This document shows, piece after piece, positions 53,520 to 63,611 of a stretch of DNA of 64,000 bases (the stretch's first letter is position 1; every line of letters starts with the position of its first letter). A program made the position numbers and the translations under genes. The notes under the pieces were generated by a model that saw only the letters and a program-made list of their open reading frames with translations, made no database searches and had not been told where the DNA came from. The stretch is from a virus (lineage: Duplodnaviria; Caudoviricetes), in the IMG/VR virus record IMGVR_UViG_2710264778_000001, positions 128,001-192,000 of that record; one strand, given 5' to 3'.

Positions 53520-53717
53520 TTACTTATTCTGTAATTGATAAAAATTAACACCAACTTTTCCAACATCAATATCTGCTATAAGTATTGTATTGATTCTTGT
53601 AACTATAATATTACTCTTATCATTTGTAATACTTATATTATCAATTTCTTTATCTCCATTAATATTAATATACTTCTCAACTTCATTTCTAATATCACTT
53701 AATTTCATTGGTTTCAC
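53520..53717 (-). CDS. Hypothetical protein
   Basis: ORF; stop codon lies within a palindromic site. Confidence 0.5.
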   Translation of the reverse strand: MKPMKLSDIRNEVEKYININGDKEIDNISITNDKSNIIVTRINTILIADIDVGKVGVNFYQLQNK

Positions 53718-53742
53718 CTCTCAACTTATTTATATTTTGTTT

Positions 53743-54045
53743 TTATTCTTTTATGTATCCACAACTTGTACATCCAAACTTATACATTTTTTCATGGACT
53801 TCTCTACCACACATTTCCCCTCTAGATTCATTCCATTGGTCTATTATCTCTAAAGATTCTCCACATTTTCTACATCGTCCAGTTCTATCAGCCAAACTAT
53901 AATTTTCTTCTCGCAATTCATATGTAAAATTTTTAAAATTACTATCGATATCATTAGCTAATTCATTCGCATATTGTATTGTGTCTTTAACATCAAAATT
54001 GCTTCGGTTTATCATTTGTATAAGATCGTATTTACTTACTGGCAT
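53743..54045 (-). CDS. Zinc-ribbon hypothetical protein
   Basis: CRKC...CTSC. Confidence 0.55.
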   Translation of the reverse strand: MPVSKYDLIQMINRSNFDVKDTIQYANELANDIDSNFKNFTYELREENYSLADRTGRCRKCGESLEIIDQWNESRGEMCGREVHEKMYKFGCTSCGYIKE

Positions 54046-54241
54046 TTATATCACTTCCTTTCATAACTAATATTACCATATTAAATTTAGTTTGTCTATA
54101 CTTAATTATATTTTATTTATATTGTTTTCTTTTGTATAAAATTAATAGCTATAAAGGATTTATTGGTTTGTTTATCCTCTATAGCTATATATTACTACTA
54201 TTTTATACCATAGTCAAGCATTATTAATTATATTTTGTTTT

Positions 54242-56302
54242 TTATTGTTTAATAACTTGTGCTGAAACAACTTTCCAATCTTTCTTACTTGATTTGAATA
54301 CAGTAACCCCTATACTCTTTCTAGAAGCCTTCTCATTAATATCTTTAGTGTTTATTACTTTAGTCTTTCCAAAGCAATCAGTTAACTCTATATCAGTATC
54401 ATTTTCTATCTGAGTTATTAATAATACTAATCCATTTTCATCAGTTAAAGAATTTGACAATTTGGTTCTATTTGTTTTAGTTTCGAATGATTTTAATGGT
54501 GTTTTTAAAATCTTACCATTTTCAAAACAATATACGCAATAACCTTTATATTGATTGGTTGATAGCATACCTATAATAGTTTCATCTCTTTCTAGTGGCA
54601 GAATATTCAACAAATAGTCACCAATCACAGATGGTTGTTTTTCATTTACTTCCCATAGATTTAATAAATAAGCGTTACCTTGATTAGATATGAATATTGC
54701 TTTATCTTTATTGCTACATTGGATAATTGTTCGAATTTGATCTCCTTCTTTCAATTTTTGTGTTTCGCTATATCTACGAGTTTTCTTAAAGTATCCTTCT
54801 TTACTTAAAATTAATGTGCATGTAAAGTCCTCAATCAGCATATCATTAGATATTTTTTCAACTTTATCATTATAAATTATGTCTGTTAATCTAGGTTTAC
54901 TAAATTTCTTTTTAACTTCTTCAAGTTGTTCTATTATTATATTGTTTATATTATCCTCGGAACTAAGTGTATTTTCTATATCTTTTATGAATGATTCTAA
55001 ATTGCTTATTTCTTTTATTTTATTTCCTATAAATCCCTTGTTTATATTAATAAGTTTTATTGTTAAAAAATATTCAGCTTGTTCCTTGTCTAATGAAAAT
55101 ATTTCTATAATGTTATTTTTAGCGTCTTCTTCTGTTTCAGAATTTTGAATTATTGATATAGCTTTATCTAAACCATTTAATATTTTTTCTAGGCCTTTTA
55201 ATTGATGTAATTTTTTTTCATATCTATCTTTATCAAATTTCAATTCGTTTTCTATACAAGTTTGTCTATGTTTTATCCATCTAACGTAAATATCCTCTAA
55301 AGACATACATTTTGGTGTTTTCCCATCTAAATCAAGTATAGTAAAATTACAAGCAAATTTGCTTTCAAAAGATGTGAATTTTCTTAATTTTTGAATTACA
55401 GCATTAACATCTGCACCTTTTTTTAAATACAATTCAAACTTTAATCCATCCTTATCTGAGCCATTATGATAGTCAATTATTTCTTTTGAAAATTTATCTA
55501 ATTTAGATTCTAATTCTTCTTCTATATTTTCTAAATATGTTGTATATGGTATTTCATAAATAGTAATTGTATTAGTGCTCTTGTCATATTTATATTTTCC
55601 GATTATGGTAAATGATCCATTGCCCTCTTTATATATCTTTTCAAAGTCGTTTTTATTATAAATTATAGCCCCTCCACTTGGTAAATCAGGAACTTTAATT
55701 AACTCAATTGATTTATCTATATCTTTTGTTTTTATATATGATTTCAAACTAGTACATACATCTTCTAAATTATGCGAAGGCATTTTATTTGCTTCTGCTA
55801 CGGCAATACTCATTCTTAAATTTACTAATATATTAGGAATTTTAGATGGTAATAATATAGGCTCTTTTTCAGTAGCGTCATAGTTCCATTTCATAGTAAC
55901 TGCATTTTTATTTATTCCCTCTAACATATATTCAGAATAGGCATCTAATTTACACTCTATATATCTAGGAGCTGAACCTTTGCTTTTTTTAAAATTCTTG
56001 TTGCCAAAGCTTCCTTTTGGCATTAAATATTTATGTAAAATATAATTATTACCCATATTTTTCATAACTCCACAAAGAGGCATATCCCCTAGAACATAAT
56101 AATCAAATATTCTACCACTTGCTTTTAACATCTTGTAAAATTGTTTGTCACTAGTCATTCCAGCTTTTTTCATTCCCCAAATTACTTGTCTTTGAGATAC
56201 TAATAATCCGTCTATTGATGGAAGATTATTTATTAATACTGGTGCAGTAAAATCTAGCATTTCTGTTTGTAATACTTCTATTATTCCCTTTTCCATTTTC
56301 AC
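54242..56302 (-). CDS. Type IIA topoisomerase subunit A (GyrA/ParC-like)
   Basis: 'DGLLVSQR', active site 'SAPRY', 'PDLPSGG', short beta-pinwheel CTD. Confidence 0.9.
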   Translation of the reverse strand: MKMEKGIIEVLQTEMLDFTAPVLINNLPSIDGLLVSQRQVIWGMKKAGMTSDKQFYKMLKASGRIFDYYVLGDMPLCGVMKNMGNNYILHKYLMPKGSFGNKNFKKSKGSAPRYIECKLDAYSEYMLEGINKNAVTMKWNYDATEKEPILLPSKIPNILVNLRMSIAVAEANKMPSHNLEDVCTSLKSYIKTKDIDKSIELIKVPDLPSGGAIIYNKNDFEKIYKEGNGSFTIIGKYKYDKSTNTITIYEIPYTTYLENIEEELESKLDKFSKEIIDYHNGSDKDGLKFELYLKKGADVNAVIQKLRKFTSFESKFACNFTILDLDGKTPKCMSLEDIYVRWIKHRQTCIENELKFDKDRYEKKLHQLKGLEKILNGLDKAISIIQNSETEEDAKNNIIEIFSLDKEQAEYFLTIKLININKGFIGNKIKEISNLESFIKDIENTLSSEDNINNIIIEQLEEVKKKFSKPRLTDIIYNDKVEKISNDMLIEDFTCTLILSKEGYFKKTRRYSETQKLKEGDQIRTIIQCSNKDKAIFISNQGNAYLLNLWEVNEKQPSVIGDYLLNILPLERDETIIGMLSTNQYKGYCVYCFENGKILKTPLKSFETKTNRTKLSNSLTDENGLVLLITQIENDTDIELTDCFGKTKVINTKDINEKASRKSIGVTVFKSSKKDWKVVSAQVIKQ

Positions 56303-56308
56303 TTCTCC

Positions 56309-57088
56309 TTAATCAGTTATTTCTACTTTCCAATTATACATAGCATTGTAAAGTTTAATTGGAATTTTATCCTTATATTTATCAGCAACTTCTTTGATAT
56401 ATTGCTCTTTAAAAGGTTTATATCCTTTATAAAAAGCATCTTCTGGAGTTTCAAAGCTACCTAATTTTTTATTATATGAGGAGTTAATATCTAAATTATA
56501 TACACTACAACACGCTCGATAGTTATTATTTAATTTATTATAGCTTACCCCTAATGGGAAATTACCTCTAGCTTTGTCACATTTAACAAATAAATTATTT
56601 ATTCTTCTTGAAACAAATACACAATTATCAGGAGAATATATTTTATTTCCCTTAACCAATATGTCTTTATCGAGAGACATTCGCTCTCCTTCAATTTCAT
56701 AATAATTATCATCAAACCATTTTGCAAAGTTTTGAAAATTATGCCATTCTTCACAAACAATACAATTTTTATATGTAGGATATATTTTTAATTTATTTGG
56801 ATTATAACATCTATCTAACATACTTGTCCAATACTTATAATGAATTGTTCTTGCTTTAATCCCTTTGAAAAAAGTATAATCTCCTTCACCTAAATATCCT
56901 ATGTTATGTACTCCTCTGTCATATGGATATTTTGTATCTCCATTAATAAAATGATGATATGTAGTTTCAGTTTTATATCCACTTTCAAATTGTACAGTTA
57001 TATTATTTGCATCTTTATATTGAATGATTTCCATTTTATTATTAAACTTATTAAAATTTATTTCACCTATTCTGTTAATTTCTTTCAT
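56309..57088 (-). CDS. HNH/AP2-type free-standing homing endonuclease (paralog 2)
   Basis: Same motifs as 39921-40679. Confidence 0.7.
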   Translation of the reverse strand: MKEINRIGEINFNKFNNKMEIIQYKDANNITVQFESGYKTETTYHHFINGDTKYPYDRGVHNIGYLGEGDYTFFKGIKARTIHYKYWTSMLDRCYNPNKLKIYPTYKNCIVCEEWHNFQNFAKWFDDNYYEIEGERMSLDKDILVKGNKIYSPDNCVFVSRRINNLFVKCDKARGNFPLGVSYNKLNNNYRACCSVYNLDINSSYNKKLGSFETPEDAFYKGYKPFKEQYIKEVADKYKDKIPIKLYNAMYNWKVEITD

Positions 57089-57099
57089 TATATCTCCTT

Positions 57100-59091
57100 T
57101 TAATTTATTTCTTCCAAGTTTATATTTGTAATAAATTTTTTAACAAAATCCTTTCGGGGACTGCTATCCTCACCCATATAATCTTCAAAACATTGAGCAA
57201 TCACTTCATCAATATTATCATAATTAACTCTAATAAATGTTTTTTCTCTTGCTTCTGGACATAATACTTTTTCCCAAAAGTCATCTTTATTTATTTCTCC
57301 GATTCCTTTCACAATACCTATATTATAGATATCATCTTCATTTATTATTTTCATAAATTGTTCTTTTTCTCTGTCATTATATACATATACCATTTCTCCA
57401 CTTTTCATTTTAATTTCATAACGAGGAGAGATAATTATATAAATTCTATTCTCTTTTAATAATGTTGGTAAATATTTATATATAAAAGTGAGTAATGCTA
57501 ACCTTATACCTGATCCCCAACAATCTGCATCCGTAAGTATTCCTATATTTCCATATCTCAAATTATCTTTATCAAATGTCTTTATATCTTTAAACATTTT
57601 TCTTTCTTCATAAGGTATTTCAATTCCACACCCTAATGCTTGAATTAATGTATATGCTGGAACATTATTTAGAACTTCTTCTACACTTTTCTTTAGGCAT
57701 GAAATAAATCTACCTCTTAATCCTAGTGCTCCCATAGTATTATTATCGTATGCTTCTACTACAGTTTCTTTTGGAGATAATCCTTCCACAACAAGTAAAA
57801 ATCTATCATCTAATTTACTCTTCTTCATATCACAATCGGTTAATCCATCAATTTTTACTCTTCCACCTTTATTTGAATCTTCTAATTTCTTTTTAATATT
57901 TTGTCTTGTTTTATCAGCACTTAATCTAGCTCTTGAATTAATTAAAACTTGATTACAAATTAACTCACTTTGTATTGGATTTTCGATAAAAAATATTTCC
58001 ATATAATTTTCAACAAATTTTTGTAGTATTGGTTTGTAATATTCTGCTTCAGTTTTTTGTTTTATTTGATTTTCATATTCTACCAATTTATTTTTAACAT
58101 TGCATATATAATTTAATCCAGTCATAGTATCTTCAAGAGTTATATTTTTTTCATTTTTATTATATTTATTATTATTTTTAAGCCATTTATGTATGGAATT
58201 TTTTAATCCTAAAATAATACCATCTTGAATTGTTCCATGCTTAATTAAATCAGCAGTATTTAAGAAATCTTTTTGTATATCATCATTAGAATCATTAGAA
58301 TATCTAAATATAAAATCAATATCAAATTCATCTGTATATTCTTCATCTTTGATTTTGAAAGTTTCTTCAAAAGTTTTAGTATTTCTAATTAAATCAGATA
58401 TAAAATTTTTATTGCTTGTTAAATCATTAAAGTATCCAATGATTCCATCTTGATATTGATATGTATTTTCTAAATTATTAATAACATCTATTACATTAAT
58501 AATTACATTACCTAAACTGGATTGTCCTTGTGCTATTTGACATACTTCATCAAAGTTAAAATGAGGATTATTCCAAACTTCTCTATCTAAAGTGAATATT
58601 ATTTCAGTAAATGTTTCTTCAGTTTGTCCTATTATATTTAAATCTTTTATTCTATCCCCTTTATGATATGATAGGTTATATATATTTCCATTTGGTCTTC
58701 CTATATTTATTTCAATATCTTCACTTGTCATAGCTAAAGACCATAAGAATATACCATTTTGTCCTACAGTTTTTGCAGTAGCTCCATATTTAGTTCCACC
58801 AAATGGATGTTCAAATATAGCTTCATAATTGTTATTTCCCTTTTTAGATATTCCTTCGACTGGAATTCCACGTCCTGAATCCCTATATCGTATCTTATTA
58901 GAATTTATAATTTCTATTTCAATATGATTTAATTCTTTAATATTAAACACATCTAAACTATTTCCTATGTTTTCTTTAATCATATTTATGTAATTATTAG
59001 ATGATCCATGCCATAGATTTATTCTTGTTCTAGCCTGTTCTTTGTCTGACAATTCATCTACTTCTTCATTTATTAAAAATTCTTCTACCAT
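57100..59091 (-). CDS. Type IIA topoisomerase subunit B (GyrB/ParE-like)
   Basis: GHKL 'ENIGNSLD','DSGRGIP'; TOPRIM 'VEG','LRG','TDAD','KGIGE'. Confidence 0.9.
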   Translation of the reverse strand: MVEEFLINEEVDELSDKEQARTRINLWHGSSNNYINMIKENIGNSLDVFNIKELNHIEIEIINSNKIRYRDSGRGIPVEGISKKGNNNYEAIFEHPFGGTKYGATAKTVGQNGIFLWSLAMTSEDIEINIGRPNGNIYNLSYHKGDRIKDLNIIGQTEETFTEIIFTLDREVWNNPHFNFDEVCQIAQGQSSLGNVIINVIDVINNLENTYQYQDGIIGYFNDLTSNKNFISDLIRNTKTFEETFKIKDEEYTDEFDIDFIFRYSNDSNDDIQKDFLNTADLIKHGTIQDGIILGLKNSIHKWLKNNNKYNKNEKNITLEDTMTGLNYICNVKNKLVEYENQIKQKTEAEYYKPILQKFVENYMEIFFIENPIQSELICNQVLINSRARLSADKTRQNIKKKLEDSNKGGRVKIDGLTDCDMKKSKLDDRFLLVVEGLSPKETVVEAYDNNTMGALGLRGRFISCLKKSVEEVLNNVPAYTLIQALGCGIEIPYEERKMFKDIKTFDKDNLRYGNIGILTDADCWGSGIRLALLTFIYKYLPTLLKENRIYIIISPRYEIKMKSGEMVYVYNDREKEQFMKIINEDDIYNIGIVKGIGEINKDDFWEKVLCPEAREKTFIRVNYDNIDEVIAQCFEDYMGEDSSPRKDFVKKFITNINLEEIN

Positions 59092-59104
59092 TATGTAATC
59101 ACTC

Positions 59105-59869
59105 CTAATCTGTTATTTCTACTATATAGTTATATAGTGCATTGTATAGTTTTTTAGGTATTATGCCCTTGTACTCATCAGCCACTTGTTTTATATATTT
59201 TTCTTTAAATGGTTTATAGCCTAAATAAAAAGCATCTTCAACATTAGAATATATACCTAAATATATAGTTTTTCTTTTTTTATTATTTAATGTACTACAA
59301 TAAGACTGATATCCATTATTTTTACAACTGACACCTATAGGATATTCGCCTCTAACTTTATTACATTTACAAAACAAAGTATTTATTCTTTCAGGGACTA
59401 TCAAACATGTTTCTGGCGAATATATTTTATTATTTTTATGTAAGATATCTTTGTCTATACACATCTTTTCGTTATCTACTTCATACCAGTTATTATAAAA
59501 CCACTGTGCAAAGTTCTGAAAATTTAACCACTCTTTGCAAATAGTAACCTCTTTATAACGTGGTCTTTTGCTTAAATCTTTGTCGTTGTAACAACGTTTT
59601 ATTATGTCATTCCAGTATCTGTAACACAGTGTTTCTTTTTTATTTATGTATGGATTATATTTACCTTCTCCTAGATAGCCAATACCATATACAGTTTTAC
59701 AATATGGTGATTTAATACGATTGTTTTTAAAATTATCATATGTACTAATTGTTTCATATCCATTATCAAATCTTATTTTTATATTCATTGCATTTAAATA
59801 TTCTATTATTGTCATTTTACTTCCGAAATTATTAATTTTTGTTTCTCCAACTCTATCTATTCTTTCCAT
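59105..59869 (-). CDS. HNH/AP2-type free-standing homing endonuclease (paralog 3)
   Basis: Same motifs as 39921-40679. Confidence 0.7.
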   Translation of the reverse strand: MERIDRVGETKINNFGSKMTIIEYLNAMNIKIRFDNGYETISTYDNFKNNRIKSPYCKTVYGIGYLGEGKYNPYINKKETLCYRYWNDIIKRCYNDKDLSKRPRYKEVTICKEWLNFQNFAQWFYNNWYEVDNEKMCIDKDILHKNNKIYSPETCLIVPERINTLFCKCNKVRGEYPIGVSCKNNGYQSYCSTLNNKKRKTIYLGIYSNVEDAFYLGYKPFKEKYIKQVADEYKGIIPKKLYNALYNYIVEITD

Positions 59870-59898
59870 TGTACCACCGTTACCTAGTTATATTTTAT

Positions 59899-60192
59899 TT
59901 ATATATAAGTTTCTTTATCAAAATAAATATCATCTTCTGTAAATCTATAAAGATTTTCTGATACATTGACTGGAATAAAATCAACTAATTGAATTGTATC
60001 TGATTCAAAATAATCTTTTAGTTGTTGAATTAATATTTCCTCTATAATTTGAGTTCTTTCAAATTCTAGATCTTGTTCTAAATCATTTTTATCTGGTTTT
60101 ATATAAATATCATCCTCTATTGTAAGTATTTTATCACCATTTAATTCTATATCATTTATATAATATTTATAAGTTACTATGTAATCTATCAT
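59899..60192 (-). CDS. Acidic hypothetical protein
   Basis: Coupled ORF. Confidence 0.5.
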   Translation of the reverse strand: MIDYIVTYKYYINDIELNGDKILTIEDDIYIKPDKNDLEQDLEFERTQIIEEILIQQLKDYFESDTIQLVDFIPVNVSENLYRFTEDDIYFDKETYI

Positions 60193-60491
60193 TATAATGT
60201 CCCTCCATTTGCATATAATTTATCAAAATCTTCTTTCCACATTAATTCGGCTATTACATCCATATCACCACACATCATCATTTGAATCACTACTATTTCT
60301 TTATTTTTTGCGTAAGAAGTATTGGTTTCACTAATTTTTGGATTTCTATTTAAAATTTGTTTTCCTAATGGACTTTCTAAATGAAACCTTAAAAAGAAAC
60401 TATCTTTATAATTCTTTAATATTGTTCCAGTAATAGCATTAATATTTAAATTATTATTACTTGTTGAATATGTATTATTTGTATTAAACAT
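60192..60491 (-). CDS. Hypothetical protein
   Basis: Coupled ORF. Confidence 0.5.
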   Translation of the reverse strand: MFNTNNTYSTSNNNLNINAITGTILKNYKDSFFLRFHLESPLGKQILNRNPKISETNTSYAKNKEIVVIQMMMCGDMDVIAELMWKEDFDKLYANGGTL

Positions 60492-60683
60492 TTATACTTC
60501 CACCCTTCCTAAAATTAATGCTGAAAATACTAATTGCCCATTATCAAGTGTATTGGTTTTATATTGTACTTCAACTTCTTGACCATCATTTTGTAAATTA
60601 TTTATTGATTGCTTTAAATCATCATTAAATTTCTCAAATTCAGTATTACTTATATGAAAATATCCTTCTATCTTTTTCATCAA
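60492..60683 (-). CDS. Hypothetical protein
   Basis: AAGGAG RBS. Confidence 0.5.
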   Translation of the reverse strand: MMKKIEGYFHISNTEFEKFNDDLKQSINNLQNDGQEVEVQYKTNTLDNGQLVFSALILGRVEV

Positions 60684-60747
60684 TATTCACTCCTTAATAT
60701 TTATATAATTTATTTCTAAATAAAATTTCTCTTTTAAAAAATTCGCA

Positions 60748-60963
60748 TTAAAAACCATTTATTTCGTAATAAATATAATCTTGTACTTCTGTTGTTTCAA
60801 AGGTAACATTGTTTGGTATATCAAAATACTTTAATATATGTTGTTTAGCATCATTTTCATCAAAAGCACAGCATAAATATGTAGCATATTTCTTTGCTTT
60901 TACTTCAATATCTCTGTCGCCAACTTGTTCTAATTCATAAACTGAAACTAAATATCTTTTCAT
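60748..60963 (-). CDS. Hypothetical protein (start at MKRYL)
   Basis: GGGAGG RBS before ATG 60963. Confidence 0.5.
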   Translation of the reverse strand: MKRYLVSVYELEQVGDRDIEVKAKKYATYLCCAFDENDAKQHILKYFDIPNNVTFETTEVQDYIYYEINGF

Positions 60964-60964
60964 A

Positions 60965-61516
60965 TTAATTATCCTCCCTATCCCATGTATAAAATAAATC
61001 TTTATGTAATCCACATCCCCAAGGTGCATCTATAACATGTCTACTAGCATCAAATTGTCTTAAATAATTAAACATATCCATACCACTTCTTCCATAAGTA
61101 TCTAAGTCTATAAATTTAACTATATCTTGATTCCCTCGTCTAAAACATACTACCGCCCAACTACCAGTTCCACCTTTATATCCACCTGATTGTTGAATAT
61201 CAGCACCCATTTTAACACACGCTTGAATTGTTCTATGTAATGAATCATATTTGTTATCTAGTTCATTATAGTTATTTCTATAATCTTTCCTTAATGTAGA
61301 AATATCATCATTAGTAGATTCAATTGATTTATTAAGAGTCTTAAAATTATCTTTGTCTTTTTCGGTTAGACTTATAATATCTTGATTATTTTTAGTTTTA
61401 TATGTATTAAAGTCTTTGCTTACATTAATAAGATTCGAATTAAGCTTGTCTATTTCTAGCCAATGAATTAATTTTAATCTTATTTTACTTTTTAATCTTC
61501 TAAACAATTTAATCAA
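60965..61516 (-). CDS. Coiled-coil hypothetical protein
   Basis: AAGGAG RBS. Confidence 0.55.
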   Translation of the reverse strand: MIKLFRRLKSKIRLKLIHWLEIDKLNSNLINVSKDFNTYKTKNNQDIISLTEKDKDNFKTLNKSIESTNDDISTLRKDYRNNYNELDNKYDSLHRTIQACVKMGADIQQSGGYKGGTGSWAVVCFRRGNQDIVKFIDLDTYGRSGMDMFNYLRQFDASRHVIDAPWGCGLHKDLFYTWDREDN

Positions 61517-61520
61517 CTCC

Positions 61521-62108
61521 TTATTCTTGAAACTCTAAGATTTCATCATCAATAGTATTCATAATATAAAAAGGTTTATCTACTCCACAACTAAAATGTG
61601 AAGCTCCTTGTAAAGCAATATGTATTTTATCAGTTATAGATTTATTACTATCCTGTAATGCAAATAAACTACCGTTAGCATGATATTCGCCACAACCACA
61701 AGTCTCATATTCTTCAAAACTCTCACTGACCTGAAAATCACATTGTACATAAAACAATTTATCTTTATAAGCTATTAAGAAAAATCCACCTTCATCTTTT
61801 GTTCCATAATTGCCATCTTCAAATAGTTTTTTAATTTTAGGTATTAATTCAGTAACCATATATTTGTGATTCATTTCCCATTTCTTAAATGTTATTTCTT
61901 CTTCTGTTGGGAATATATCTGAATACATTAATAGTTGTCCCATTCTGTAAGAACTTGTAAACCCTAATAAGAAATTTTTATTCTTTTCTGGCTTAAATAT
62001 CTTTTTATCTTTTCTATATGTTTTTGTGCTTCCATTTGAACCTAGACTGTCGCACCCCATATAAACCTTACTATTCTTTTTATCAATTACTCCTATAATA
62101 CATGTCAT
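61521..62108 (-). CDS. HslV/proteasome-beta-like Ntn peptidase
   Basis: N-terminal M-T-C-I-I-G nucleophile; 'MGCDS','KKIF','GCGEYHANGSL'. Confidence 0.7.
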   Translation of the reverse strand: MTCIIGVIDKKNSKVYMGCDSLGSNGSTKTYRKDKKIFKPEKNKNFLLGFTSSYRMGQLLMYSDIFPTEEEITFKKWEMNHKYMVTELIPKIKKLFEDGNYGTKDEGGFFLIAYKDKLFYVQCDFQVSESFEEYETCGCGEYHANGSLFALQDSNKSITDKIHIALQGASHFSCGVDKPFYIMNTIDDEILEFQE

Positions 62109-62263
62109 TTTAACATCACTCTCTTTCTTTTATTTTTAACTTAATTATAATTTATCTATATTCTTATAAAATACAAATTTGATTGGGATAATATTTATCA
62201 ATGTTCGTATTGCTGATGTATTATCCCGTAATTTTTATCATTTTTCAGTTGTTTTAATTTATA

Positions 62264-62821
62264 TTATTCGTGTTTTCCTCCAAACATATCATCTAAATTA
62301 ATTCCAAAATCACCATACCCTTTTAAATCTTTATGACATTTTTTACTTGATATTTGTTTCTTTCTTTTAAATTCTTCTTTATTGAAAGTTAATCCAAAAG
62401 TTTCACACATTAATTCATATACATATTCATTAGGCAAATACTTACCAGTTTTAAATAAATACATATCATCTCCATTTAAATATCTAGCTAATACACAACC
62501 TACTGCTCCACTTCTTGATATTCCCATAGTACAATGAATATAAATATTTGTTATTTCATCTTCAATGCAATCATCTATTACCTCTTTTATAATATCTGCT
62601 TGTGATTTACTCATTAATTTACATTTAGAACCTTTTTCTATAACTCTAGGTGTTATATCATCAAAATAAAGTTTTAGTAACGAAATACTAGGATTTGTTT
62701 TAAAATCTATTTCTTCTCCAGTATCTATTATTGATATTAATTGAATTTGTTCATCATTGTTATATGTATTATAAAAATTAATAGCTTCATCTTTACTTAG
62801 AATTTTTATGTTATATCTCAT
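62264..62821 (-). CDS. Protein tyrosine/dual-specificity phosphatase-like protein
   Basis: HCTMGISRS (HCxxGxxRS); 'FDD' acid loop; GGAGG RBS before ATG 62821. Confidence 0.8.
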   Translation of the reverse strand: MRYNIKILSKDEAINFYNTYNNDEQIQLISIIDTGEEIDFKTNPSISLLKLYFDDITPRVIEKGSKCKLMSKSQADIIKEVIDDCIEDEITNIYIHCTMGISRSGAVGCVLARYLNGDDMYLFKTGKYLPNEYVYELMCETFGLTFNKEEFKRKKQISSKKCHKDLKGYGDFGINLDDMFGGKHE

Positions 62822-62909
62822 TTTATTCACCTCCAATACATTTCCAATCTTTGTCGCAATATTCAAAGAACCAAATTTTATTAGTAGTAAAAACACTGAA
62901 ACCATAATA

Positions 62910-63104
62910 TCAATCTTGAATATAAGTTACTAATTCATGTGGAAAGAAAGTACCATCAGTATCTACTATTCTTAATGGTTCTCCAACTTTAATAGTTGAC
63001 CTAGAATAATCTATTTTTCTATTATTATATTGTGAATATACTTCTAGCTGAGTATTTTTATTGATTAGATTTATCAGTTTAATATTCTGTGTTGTCATTT
63101 GCAT
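62910..63104 (-). CDS. Hypothetical protein
   Basis: GAGG RBS. Confidence 0.45.
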   Translation of the reverse strand: MQMTTQNIKLINLINKNTQLEVYSQYNNRKIDYSRSTIKVGEPLRIVDTDGTFFPHELVTYIQD

Positions 63105-63119
63105 TATTTATCACCTCAT

Positions 63120-63611
63120 TTAACAAATTTGCCACCAATAATCAAAGACTTTTCTATAGGAATTACCTTTTAATTTAAAGTCTTTATTTCTTCTGACTTT
63201 AACATTACTAAATTTCTTATAATAAACTGTTCTGCTATATTTATTACTATGATTGGTTAAATAGTTTCTTTCTAAATATCCATCTCTTTCTGATACAACA
63301 TAGTAAGAACAAATATCTTTTATGTTTTGTAATTTTTGTTGTGTTATCTTCTTACGTTCATATTGATTTAATCTAGGATTTCTTTTCTTTTTAACTAGTT
63401 TAGGATTATTCTCATCATAGTATTCTATAGCTTCTTCTAAGTTTTGTTGTATAATACTAAAATATTCATCTTCTGAGCCTATTAATTCTTTTGGTTCATT
63501 ATATAAATCTTCAACTCCAAAACACCAATATTCAAATTCATCATCTTGGAGGGTTCTATATGCTTGTACTTCAATTAAATCTAGTTGTAAATCTTCTAAT
63601 GATTTATTCAT
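63120..63611 (-). CDS. Hypothetical phage protein
   Basis: RBS; C-terminal 'GNSYRKVFDYWW'. Confidence 0.55.
   Translation of the reverse strand: MNKSLEDLQLDLIEVQAYRTLQDDEFEYWCFGVEDLYNEPKELIGSEDEYFSIIQQNLEEAIEYYDENNPKLVKKKRNPRLNQYERKKITQQKLQNIKDICSYYVVSERDGYLERNYLTNHSNKYSRTVYYKKFSNVKVRRNKDFKLKGNSYRKVFDYWWQIC

Noticed and set aside
2264-59942. Many short opposite-strand ORFs (e.g. 2264-2518, 6516-6920, 34954-35283, 38561-38964, 41117-41503, 45750-46055)
   Set aside because: Shadows of longer genes with recognisable products; no RBS
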